From Picosynechococcus sp. PCC 7003 (lineage in GTDB: Bacteria; Cyanobacteriota; Cyanobacteriia; Cyanobacteriales; MRBY01): a stretch of DNA of 24,000 nt. The stretch is taken from positions 614,661 through 638,660 of the forward strand of contig NZ_CP016474.1 in assembly GCF_001693255.1 (NCBI RefSeq), given 5' to 3'. The position numbers were made by a program, and so were the translations under genes. Shown here in pieces: positions 1-7,196 of this stretch; position 1 is the stretch's first letter, and every line of letters starts with the position of its first letter. Below the pieces are notes generated by a model. The model had not been told where the DNA came from, ran no database searches, and was given only the letters and a program-made list of their open reading frames with translations.

Positions 1-355
1 CGGCGAGCATTTCGGCGACGGTTTCGTAGATTCCGAGGCTAATGAGATTGTTACCCAGGTACCGTCCCATCAAAAATTCTGCGGAAAGGTAGCAAACGGT
101 TTTGGCACCGGTATCGATGTAGGTTTGCTCGGTTTGTTTCCATCGTTCTAACAGGCGATCGCGGACAACATTGGCGAGGGCAACATAGTAATCACGTTGT
201 TGGGCGGCATCTTTATCGCTGCCGGCGGAATAGAAAAGATGATCGAAAAAAGCACGGCGGAGACTTGCTTTGTCCATCCCAGTGCGATCGCCACTCCCCC
301 CAAGGGAAGAGAGACCATGGGAATTAGTCGCCGAGGTAGAAGGTTGTGTTTGCAC
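1..355 (-). CDS. glgP: glycogen (alpha-glucan) phosphorylase, N-terminal portion; gene continues beyond window start
   Basis: Minus-strand translation from the GTG at 355 gives VQTQPSTSATNSHGLSSLGGSGDRTGMDKASLRRAFFDHLFYSAGSDKDAAQQRDYYVALANVVRDRLLERWKQTEQTYIDTGAKTVCYLSAEFLMGRYLGNNLISLGIYETVAEML. This matches the conserved N-terminus of glycogen phosphorylases (RDRLL.RW, CYLS.EFL.GR.LGNNL). AGGAG lies about 12 nt upstream of the GTG, and there is an alternative in-frame ATG at 277. The ORF is open to the window edge, so it is absent from the ORF track. Confidence 0.85.
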   Translation of the reverse strand, partial: MQTQPSTSATNSHGLSSLGGSGDRTGMDKASLRRAFFDHLFYSAGSDKDAAQQRDYYVALANVVRDRLLERWKQTEQTYIDTGAKTVCYLSAEFLMGRYLGNNLISLGIYETVAEMLA

Positions 356-451
356 AGTAAGTTATCACTCCTAACAAAATAAACGAGGGTCGCGGGTTTG
401 TAGCATTGCAGTGGTAGGGACGCTCCCGTAGTCTGACAACGCGCATGATTC

Positions 452-521
452 AGTCAATGATTTTAGTGAATAGTCAATGGTGAAAATTTCTGTACTGCTA
501 CGGCCCACCGTTGTACTGCTA
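452..521. repeat. two pairs of short phased direct repeats in the glgP upstream region
   Basis: AGTCAATG occurs at 452-459 and 472-479 (period 20). TGTACTGCTA occurs at 491-500 and 512-521 (period 21). The repeats lie 97-166 bp upstream of the glgP GTG on the minus strand. On that strand AGTCAA reads TTGACT, which resembles a -35 box. Confidence 0.5.
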
Positions 522-653
522 TTTTGCAGTCTGTCCTTATAATCATGCAAAAGAATCGTTAATAGAACATGACATTATCAGGACTTATAAATTTCTTTAG
601 CGAAAGATGTCGAAATGTTCTGGGGAACGGATGTCGTAAAACGTTCTTAGCTT

Positions 654-866
654 TTAATCAACGGCCCACCAACCGAAGCCAGGGCCAATGATCCGAACGG
701 TGACCCACAGTACGACCATGAGCCCAATGCCAATCCAGGCACCTTTTGTGGTCAGATTGTAAGCTTGTTCTGCTTGGGTTTTGGTGAGGGGTAACCAGGG
801 GTAAATGCGCTGTTCTTTACCATAGTTTTCCCCCATGGATTTCTTGCGGCGCTTTGCTTCTCCCAT
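654..866 (-). CDS. small conserved cyanobacterial membrane protein (I believe DUF2839-type)
   Basis: 70-aa ORF with a basic N-terminus (MGEAKRRKKSMGENYG), followed by one hydrophobic Trp-rich helix (GAWIGIGLMVVLWVTVRIIGPGFGWW). I recall this pattern from a conserved cyanobacterial small-protein family. The overlapping 752..964 ORF is rejected. Confidence 0.55.
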   Translation of the reverse strand: MGEAKRRKKSMGENYGKEQRIYPWLPLTKTQAEQAYNLTTKGAWIGIGLMVVLWVTVRIIGPGFGWWAVD

Positions 867-975
867 TGTCTTCTTGTCCTAACTGTTTGAATTGCTCGCA
901 TTGTGGGTACTGCGATCGCCATCATATCAAAGTGGCCCTCGGCGATCGCCTCTACAGAAATCAATTTAAAGCAAC

Positions 976-1608
976 TTAATCAATTAAGGCCTTTAATAGC
1001 ACTTCTGGGAGTGACATGGTCGTCATTTCATCAATGGTGATGGTATCGACAATATCAAACTTTGCCCCGGCCTGACCCAATTGATCATCGAGGGCTTTGA
1101 GATAGGCTTTGGCCTTGCGGTCTTGACCCACTTGAATGAGGGAGATGCCAATTTCTTCATCCCGTTCAATTTTATTGGCGGCATCGATAATCACCCGCAT
1201 CACGGCTTTACTATCGTCCGGTTCCCCATCGGTAATCACTAAAAATGTTTCGCCGTTGGGTTTGGCTTCTCCTCGTTCTTTCCGTTGGAAGTAGTTATCG
1301 AGGGCATCTTGTAAAACGGCTGCCAAGTCCGTCCGTCCCATGGGCTCATTTTCAGCGTAAACTTGGGTCACCTTCTCGGCAGTGACATTGTCATAACGCC
1401 GGAACCGTCCCGAAAATAGGTAAACCGTAATGCCATCGGGGTCAATTTTTTCGCAGGTCTGGGCAAGGGCGAGGGTAGAGTCTTGGGCTGCATCCCAACG
1501 GGTTTTGTCAGAGGTGGGCAGATCGCAAGTGTACATACTGCCGCTTTTATCGATGATGAGGGTGTAGTCGCGATTTTCGACTAAGGAAATTTCTGAAAGA
1601 TCTACCAT
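976..1608 (-). CDS. von Willebrand factor A (vWA) domain protein, TerY-like
   Basis: 210 aa with a complete MIDAS signature: DxSxS (IIDKSGSM), a downstream Thr (MGRTDL) and an Asp (VITDGEPDD). The size and layout are typical of single-domain TerY-type vWA proteins. Confidence 0.8.
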   Translation of the reverse strand: MVDLSEISLVENRDYTLIIDKSGSMYTCDLPTSDKTRWDAAQDSTLALAQTCEKIDPDGITVYLFSGRFRRYDNVTAEKVTQVYAENEPMGRTDLAAVLQDALDNYFQRKERGEAKPNGETFLVITDGEPDDSKAVMRVIIDAANKIERDEEIGISLIQVGQDRKAKAYLKALDDQLGQAGAKFDIVDTITIDEMTTMSLPEVLLKALID

Positions 1609-1820
1609 GGGCCTTCTCCGTCACAGGTGGGGTTTTGGGATTCCCCTTGCTTTAGCCTAGCGAATTTCTCCCGAAAAAACGGGCTCAGTAACAATAGTTT
1701 TTGGACATTTCACAACAAATAAAGTCTGGTTAAAATGAGCCTAAAATTGTTTCTTTTTTGTTAATAATTGCGTTTTATTGACTCGTTCTCGCACAAAAGG
1801 TTTTTAAATCTTTCTTTTTC

Positions 1821-1843
1821 AAAAAATCCAGAGCATTTGCTCC
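1821..1843 (-). terminator. weak candidate intrinsic terminator after mtnC
   Basis: Immediately after the mtnC TAA, the minus strand reads GGAGC-AAAU-GCUCU (a 5-bp stem including one G-U), followed by GGAUUUUUUG. The stem is short. Confidence 0.35.
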
Positions 1844-1846
1844 TTT

Positions 1847-2533
1847 TTAACGGAGGCACGTAATTGCATTAAAGTCGGCAACTTGTTGGTGGGTCGGGGA
1901 AGCGGTTGTGCCGGGGCGGACGAGTTGTCGAGTTTGGCATCCGGCTTGGGCTGCCGCATCTAGTTCAGCAGGGACATCCGATAGAAATAGGATTGTCTCA
2001 GGGGGAAGTTGCACGGCCTGGGCGATCGCCTGGTAGGATTGCACATCTCGTTTTTGGCCGACCTTGAGATCAAAGAAGTAATTGAAGTAGCCTGTGAGAT
2101 CGCCATAGTCAGAGTAACCGAACAGCAGTTTTTGGGCCTTAACCGAACCAGAAGAATAAATGCCCAACTGGATGCCCTCTTTTTGCCACTCTTTTAGTTT
2201 GGGCAATACATCTGGGTAAACATGACCCCGAAAATCCCCTTTCTTGTAGCCCTCTTCCCACAAAAAACCCTGCATTGCTTTGAGGGGCGCGACTTTACGG
2301 TCTGCCATTGACCATTGATGTAAGGCGGCGATCGCCCCGGCTTGATCCAGGGATTCTCCGGTTTCCGCGAAGGCTAAATCTTGCACCTGCTTGAGGATTG
2401 CGGCAATTTCTGGTTCCTCAGCACGGCTGACGATGCTTTGGATATTGTCCCGGAAGTAAGGAAACAACACATCAAAGACAAAACTCACAGAAGTCGTTGT
2501 GCCCTCAATGTCCATCAAGACAAACTGAATCAT
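1847..2533 (-). CDS. mtnC: enolase-phosphatase E1 / acireductone synthase (methionine salvage)
   Basis: 228 aa. It has the HAD motif I (DIEGTTT) and blocks near-identical to Klebsiella E1: LKALQG..W..GY..GDF.GH.YPDV, YSSGSV.AQKLLFGYSD.GD and ILFLSD...ELDAA..AG. Its start overlaps the mtnD stop (ATGA at 2530-2533). Confidence 0.88.
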   Translation of the reverse strand: MIQFVLMDIEGTTTSVSFVFDVLFPYFRDNIQSIVSRAEEPEIAAILKQVQDLAFAETGESLDQAGAIAALHQWSMADRKVAPLKAMQGFLWEEGYKKGDFRGHVYPDVLPKLKEWQKEGIQLGIYSSGSVKAQKLLFGYSDYGDLTGYFNYFFDLKVGQKRDVQSYQAIAQAVQLPPETILFLSDVPAELDAAAQAGCQTRQLVRPGTTASPTHQQVADFNAITCLR

Positions 2534-3060
2534 AGGGTGATGTCACGATATTGCTGTTCAACTTGGGAGCCAGTGTAGTGGGGCGTCCAACCGGCGGTGT
2601 CCGAGAAAATACGAATTGCTTTGACATTGGGCACTGGCCCCGCATCAAACCAGTGCTTGGTGCCCTGGGGGACAGAGATTAAATCACCAGCCTCGCAACA
2701 AACATTAAATACGGCTGTACCATCGAGATTAAACCAAAACAGACCCTGACCAGCGACAAAAAAACGCACTTCATCTTCCGAGTGGGTATGTTCTGCGAGA
2801 AATTTTTCGCGGATCGCCGGGTAATTTTCAATGCCACTATGAATATTCACCACATCGGCGCTTTGGTAACCATTAGCCACCATAAAAGGATCAAGCACTT
2901 CGGCATAGGCAGCGAGAATTTCTTCTTGGGAGGCATCTTGGGCGAGTTGTGCTGGCGTTTCCCATTGGTCAAACCAAATACCATGGCCCTTTAAAAAGTC
3001 TTTGATCGTAGCGGTATCGGTCAATGTTTGTTTCGATTCGGTCTGATATAACGTCGTCAT
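2530..3060 (-). CDS. mtnD: acireductone dioxygenase (ARD, cupin)
   Basis: 176 aa with REKFLAEHTHSEDEVRFFVAGQGLF, DLISVPQGTKHWFD and AIRIF. These match the metal-binding cupin core of Klebsiella ARD (EKFLNEHTHGEDEVRFFVEG, DLISVP..TPHWFD, AIRIF). Its start overlaps the mtnB stop (ATGA at 3057-3060). Confidence 0.88.
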   Translation of the reverse strand: MTTLYQTESKQTLTDTATIKDFLKGHGIWFDQWETPAQLAQDASQEEILAAYAEVLDPFMVANGYQSADVVNIHSGIENYPAIREKFLAEHTHSEDEVRFFVAGQGLFWFNLDGTAVFNVCCEAGDLISVPQGTKHWFDAGPVPNVKAIRIFSDTAGWTPHYTGSQVEQQYRDITL

Positions 3061-3695
3061 CGGGCAGCCAAGGGGGGCGTGATTTTCAATTGCTCAAGCT
3101 CGCATTCTAACATGAACTCCCAAACCTCCAGATGACGTTTGGCGATCGCCATTGTTTCCCCCCAGGCATAGAGGCCATGTTTCGCAATCAAAAAGCCATA
3201 ATTGCTTAACTCTTCTTGTCGTTGGGCGAGTTGTTGACAGAAGGCTTCCATGTTCTGGTCATTGGCAAAAATTGGTAAGGCGATCGCCGTTTCGTGGGTT
3301 GTCTGACCCGCAATTCCTTTAATCACCTCATAGCCCCTAAAGGTCACAGCCTGTTTCGAGGCAAACATCCCGGACAAGAGGGTTGCCGCCACTGAATGAG
3401 TATGTAACACAGAGGTGATCCCCGGAAAATTTTGGTAAATAAAGCAGTGAATTAACGTTTCCGCCGAAGGCTTAATCCCTTCGTAGGGGGGCAGAGGCAG
3501 ACCCGCTGAATCTACCGCCATAAAATCTTCCGGTTGAAATTGAGATTTATCAATGCCACTGCGGGAGACAAAAATCACTTGATCTTCGCCTAAAAACGAA
3601 TAATTCGTTGAAGTGGCCGGGGATTTTCCCTGGTGATGGAGTTGCCGCACCACAGCACATAGCCTTTCTTTTTGGGTCTGATTATCTAAAGACAT
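3057..3695 (-). CDS. mtnB: methylthioribulose-1-phosphate dehydratase (class II aldolase/adducin fold)
   Basis: 212 aa with the class II aldolase His motif (VLHTHSVAATLLS) and a GYE.IKG segment. It is the first gene of a three-gene operon with mtnD and mtnC. Confidence 0.8.
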   Translation of the reverse strand: MSLDNQTQKERLCAVVRQLHHQGKSPATSTNYSFLGEDQVIFVSRSGIDKSQFQPEDFMAVDSAGLPLPPYEGIKPSAETLIHCFIYQNFPGITSVLHTHSVAATLLSGMFASKQAVTFRGYEVIKGIAGQTTHETAIALPIFANDQNMEAFCQQLAQRQEELSNYGFLIAKHGLYAWGETMAIAKRHLEVWEFMLECELEQLKITPPLAAR

Positions 3696-3991
3696 TTGGG
3701 CACAAGTAAAGCGAAAAAATTAAAAGCAAATCTTAATATTTTACTGATTGATGTCATGGTTATCGAAACATTTCTGGCTACAGCTGGGACTTTATCTTTT
3801 CCATTGGAACTTTCTGGCCAAAATACCATTGCAGATAAGTGTTTTTACTCAATTTTTAGTTGCTTTCTTTGTTAATTGATGTTGCAATTTTAACCATTCA
3901 TTCTCATAAATCGTTTAAAACCAGAACATGATGCTGACTACAATCAGTCATCGTTTAGCTAAAAACAAAAATAAAGATAAAAAAACGATTA

Positions 3992-4312
3992 ATGATGGAT
4001 AACGAAATTAAAAAATACCGGATGGTTTGCACTCTGACCTTTGGCGATATTTACGGGCAAATTATTGTTTGGCTAATTGTCATTTTCCTTAGCCTTGCAA
4101 CGACCCTCGCTCTCTGGAGTGCAACCCGACAAGTTTATGCCCTGGCCACCGTCGCCCTTGTCGTTGTCTTATCTTTACCCTTTCTCCTGTTTGCCTTTGT
4201 GACAACGTTGCTCAATCACATCGAATTCGTGCCCATGGGCGAAGCTGAATCTTCTAAAACTTTCTCAAGCCGTCGCACATCTTCTTCTACGAATCCGGCA
4301 ACGGCAAGCTAG
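3992..4312 (+). CDS. hypothetical two-TM membrane protein with a Ser/Thr-rich tail
   Basis: 106-aa ORF with two long hydrophobic segments (IIVWLIVIFLSLATTLALW and ALATVALVVVLSLPFLLFAFVTTLL) and the tail SSKTFSSRRTSSSTNPATAS. I recognise no family. It follows a roughly 300-bp AT-rich spacer. Confidence 0.45.
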   Translation: MMDNEIKKYRMVCTLTFGDIYGQIIVWLIVIFLSLATTLALWSATRQVYALATVALVVVLSLPFLLFAFVTTLLNHIEFVPMGEAESSKTFSSRRTSSSTNPATAS

Positions 4313-4470
4313 GGAATTACTTGGATTAATTACAAAGACGGTGGCCCAGGTAACCTAGGCAAAGATAATAAGAGCCTTTTGCTAAATCGCCCCACAAAAT
4401 AGGGGTCATCGTGGTTGTAGGCTTTTATTTAGTCAGTAAAAGAAAAAATTCTAGGGGCTTCTGGGGAGAC

Positions 4471-4935
4471 TTAATAGAATGACGGTACAGAATCTAGGGA
4501 GATCACAGGGGCGCTACTGAAGCGTTTACTTAAGCGCAATTGATTACCGGTGGCGTTCCAATGGACTTGATCGAAAATCTGATAGAGCAAACAGAGACCG
4601 CGGCCGCATTCATCTTCTTCGGGGGGAAGGAGATCCTCATCTAATTGACAACATTGAGCCTGGCGGTCAAATCCCTTGCCCTCGTCGGTGATGATCCAAG
4701 AGCATTGTTCTGCCCCCATGTAGAAATGAACAATGACTTTTTTGCTGGGATCTAGTCGATTACCATGTTTGGCCGCATTAATTAGCGCTTCCTGAAGGCC
4801 GAGCTGGACTTCATAACGCCAGTCACTGGGAATACGGTCTAGGAGAAGATCGAGAATCGGGACTAGGTAGAGGGTAGAGGCAAAACTGAGGGTCGTCCAA
4901 TGGGATTTTAGCGGCGGCAATGAAATCGCGATCAC
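4471..4935 (-). CDS. RsbW-like anti-sigma factor / serine kinase (GHKL ATPase domain)
   Basis: 154 aa starting at a GTG. It carries an N-box (EALINAAKHGN), a G1-type motif (ITDEGKGFD) and a G2-like GRGL, as in RsbW/SpoIIAB-type HATPase proteins such as the cyanobacterial PmgA-like group. Confidence 0.7.
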   Translation of the reverse strand: MIAISLPPLKSHWTTLSFASTLYLVPILDLLLDRIPSDWRYEVQLGLQEALINAAKHGNRLDPSKKVIVHFYMGAEQCSWIITDEGKGFDRQAQCCQLDEDLLPPEEDECGRGLCLLYQIFDQVHWNATGNQLRLSKRFSSAPVISLDSVPSFY

Positions 4936-5104
4936 AGTTAATGCTCCTTTGGGGATGTGCGCAGGGATGAACGGGGAAAACTGGGCTCAGCGGGTTGGTT
5001 TATGGCATCAACCCAAAAAGTAGCGGTCACAACATAGTTTGTTTGCCTGTAGGAAATCCCGAACGATCTTGTCGTGGTTTCTGCCTTGTATTATACAAAA
5101 AATT

Positions 5105-6463
5105 TTAGGTTTCCACGAAATTCAAGAGAACGGCGCATTCGACATGGGGGGTTTGGGGAAAGAAGTCGGCGGGCTGTACCCACTGGATTTGGTACTGTTG
5201 GCTGGCACAAAGGTGTTTGAGGTCGCGGGCGAGGGTCGCAGGGTTGCAACTGATATAAATAATTTGCTTGGGTTTGCTGTGGAGGAGGGTGTCGAGCACT
5301 TGGCGATCGCATCCTTTACGCGGGGGATCAAGGAGCACGATATCGGCATTAACATCCAGATCGGGCAGAACTGATTCCACGGTGCCAGCATGGAATTCTG
5401 CATTATGGATATCGTTGTGGTGGGCATTTTCCCAGGCCTGCTGGATAGAACTCCCTTGAACTTCAATGCCGATCGCCTGTTTGACTTTCTGTGCCAGGGG
5501 CAAGGTAAAAGTTCCCACACCACAGTAGGTATCGATCAGGATTTCTTCACCGGTGAAGGTGAGTTGTTGGGTGATTGCCTCTAGGAGGACTTCGGCGGCA
5601 CTGGTATTGACTTGAAAAAAGGTTTCGGGCCGCAGCTTGAGGGTTAGCCCCGCAAAAATTTCTTCGAGGTAGGGACGACCGGCGATCGCCTTTGTGGTGT
5701 CGCCCCAGATGAGGTTGCCTTTTTTCGGGTTTTCGTTAAGGCAGACCCCCACGAGACCGGGATATTCTTCGAGCCAGGCTTCAGCTTGGGTTTCTAGGTT
5801 TACCAAATCAGCACTGGTTGAGATTAAAGTGAGCAGCATTTCCCCAGTGCGCTGGCCGATGCGGAGGGCGAGGTGGCGTAATTTGCCCTGGTGTTTGGCT
5901 TCGTTGTAGATCGACCAGCCTTGGTTTTGGATATCAATTTTGATGTTACCCAGGAGGGGATTCAGGCGCGAATCCTGTACCGGGCACTGGTTGAGGTTAA
6001 TCAGTTGGTGGCTGCCTTTGCGGTAATAACCGGCTTGCACATTGCCCATGCTGCTGGAACGACCAAGGGGATAGGTGGCCTTATTGCGATAACCCAATGG
6101 CCCATCACCGCTCAGGATCGGTTGAATGTCGAGATCCTGAAAACCACCGATACGCTGGAGGGCCTGTTGAATTTCGTTGGTTTTGACCTGTTGCTGTAGC
6201 GAATCTTCGACCTGAAGCCACTGACAGCCACCGCATTTGTCGGCAACGATACAGGGGGGACGCCGCCGTTCTGGGGCTGGTTCTAAAACTTTTTGCAATT
6301 GACCGATGGCGTATTGGCGCTTGAGACGCACGATCCGCACCTGGAGGCGATCGCCTGGCACTGTATCCGGCACAAACACGACTTGCTCCCCGTGGCGACC
6401 GACCCCAGCCCCCTGGCTATTAAGGTCATGGATGGAGAGTTCAATGAGATCGCCTTGGTGCAT
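5105..6463 (-). CDS. rlmD: 23S rRNA (uracil-C5)-methyltransferase, RumA/RlmD family
   Basis: 452 aa. It has an N-terminal TRAM-like domain (LSIHDLNSQGAGVGR...V.GD), an Fe-S Cys cluster (C..ADKCGGCQW), SAM-MTase motifs (DTYCGVGTF, LDPPRKG) and the catalytic ISCNPATLARD block. Confidence 0.85.
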   Translation of the reverse strand: MHQGDLIELSIHDLNSQGAGVGRHGEQVVFVPDTVPGDRLQVRIVRLKRQYAIGQLQKVLEPAPERRRPPCIVADKCGGCQWLQVEDSLQQQVKTNEIQQALQRIGGFQDLDIQPILSGDGPLGYRNKATYPLGRSSSMGNVQAGYYRKGSHQLINLNQCPVQDSRLNPLLGNIKIDIQNQGWSIYNEAKHQGKLRHLALRIGQRTGEMLLTLISTSADLVNLETQAEAWLEEYPGLVGVCLNENPKKGNLIWGDTTKAIAGRPYLEEIFAGLTLKLRPETFFQVNTSAAEVLLEAITQQLTFTGEEILIDTYCGVGTFTLPLAQKVKQAIGIEVQGSSIQQAWENAHHNDIHNAEFHAGTVESVLPDLDVNADIVLLDPPRKGCDRQVLDTLLHSKPKQIIYISCNPATLARDLKHLCASQQYQIQWVQPADFFPQTPHVECAVLLNFVET

Positions 6464-6532
6464 GGTGATAAATTCGCGTTCAAAGTGCCTTCACACTTTA
6501 GCCTTTCTTGCGGTCGATCATGCAGTTTTTCC

Positions 6533-7120
6533 CTAGAGGGTCGAGAAATAAGCCTGGGCTTCGCTTGGATTTGGGACCATGGTGCGATCGCCCACTTGCC
6601 AATCAACGGGACAAACTTCATTGTGATTGGTTTGGACGTGCTGAATCGCTTGGAGCACCCGGAGGGTTTCGTCAATGCTGCGACCAAAGGAAAAATTATT
6701 CACGGTGATGTGTTGAATCATCCCTTCTGGATCAATGATAAAAAGTCCCCGCAGGGCGATCCCCGCTTCCGGTTCCAGGACACCGTAGGCCGTACTAATG
6801 GTTTTGTTTAAATCAGAAACTAGGGGAAAGGTCAAATCTCCCACCCCGCCCAGTTTGCGGTCTGTTTGGATCCAGGCTAAATGTGCAAATTCACTATCTA
6901 CGGAAACACCCAATACTTCCGTATTAAGTTTTTGAAATTCCCCGTGGCGATCGCTAAAGGCCCCCACCTCCGTCGGACAAACAAAGGTGAAATCGAGGGG
7001 ATAGAAAAACAGCACCACATATTGCCCCTGATAGTCGGACAGCTTAATGGTTTTGAACTCTTGGTCAATGACGGCGGTGGCGGTAAAGTCCGGTGCCAAT
7101 TGTCCCACTTGTGCGGCCAT
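6533..7120 (-). CDS. typical 2-Cys peroxiredoxin (AhpC/TSA family)
   Basis: Contains [14 protein letters not shown] (peroxidatic Cys) and a resolving Cys in HNEVCPVDW. It is near-collinear with my memory of Synechocystis 2-Cys Prx. I place the start at the ATG at 7120 ([12 protein letters not shown]) rather than the track's 7162, because homologs begin there. Confidence 0.88.
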   Translation of the reverse strand: MAAQVGQLAPDFTATAVIDQEFKTIKLSDYQGQYVVLFFYPLDFTFVCPTEVGAFSDRHGEFQKLNTEVLGVSVDSEFAHLAWIQTDRKLGGVGDLTFPLVSDLNKTISTAYGVLEPEAGIALRGLFIIDPEGMIQHITVNNFSFGRSIDETLRVLQAIQHVQTNHNEVCPVDWQVGDRTMVPNPSEAQAYFSTL

Positions 7121-7196
7121 GGTTGTCGTGTTCCAATGCAGAATCTTTCCCCAAGGTATCACACCGCTTTACGCCTCTGGGACAAACAAAACTGAG

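Noticed and set aside
382-450. tRNA-like string (GGGTCGCGGGTTTG) and general checks for tRNA, rRNA, CRISPR or IS elements
   Set aside because: There is no cloverleaf, no T-loop GTTCRANYC consensus and no acceptor-stem complement. I saw no repeat-spacer arrays and no transposase or integrase ORFs anywhere in the window.
477-542. 21-codon plus-strand ORF (MVKISVLLRPTVVLLFCSLSL) spanning the TGTACTGCTA repeats
   Set aside because: It has no SD sequence and lies in the glgP promoter region on the opposite strand. Its hydrophobic look is a by-product of the repeat. There is no supporting context.
752-964. 70-aa minus-strand ORF overlapping the DUF2839-like gene
   Set aside because: It overlaps 654..866 in another frame, and it is basic and Pro/Lys/Arg-rich with no hydrophobic core. 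The 654..866 frame has the conserved-looking N-terminus and a TM helix.
5086-5098. Perfect 13-bp palindrome TTGTATTATACAA just downstream of the rlmD stop codon on the minus strand, upstream of the RsbW-like gene
   Set aside because: Palindromes with 6-bp arms are expected several times per 24 kb by chance. It does not match the NtcA (GTA-N8-TAC), LexA or Fur/Zur box consensus.
6482-6499. AAAGUG-UGAAGG-CACUUU hairpin after the peroxiredoxin stop
   Set aside because: The stem is A/U-rich, only 6 bp, and followed by only three U residues. It is not distinguishable from chance, so the peroxiredoxin and rlmD genes may simply be co-transcribed.
5039-6811. Numerous ORFs overlapping or antisense to rlmD and the peroxiredoxin gene (for example 5039..5374+, 5091..5312-, 5122..5523-, 5891..6199+, 6283..6687-, 6293..6811+ at 172 aa, and 6306..6536+)
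   Set aside because: They lie inside or opposite genes with strong family signatures. Their products are Arg/Pro/Ser/Gly-rich and low-complexity with no motifs. These are typical shadow ORFs.
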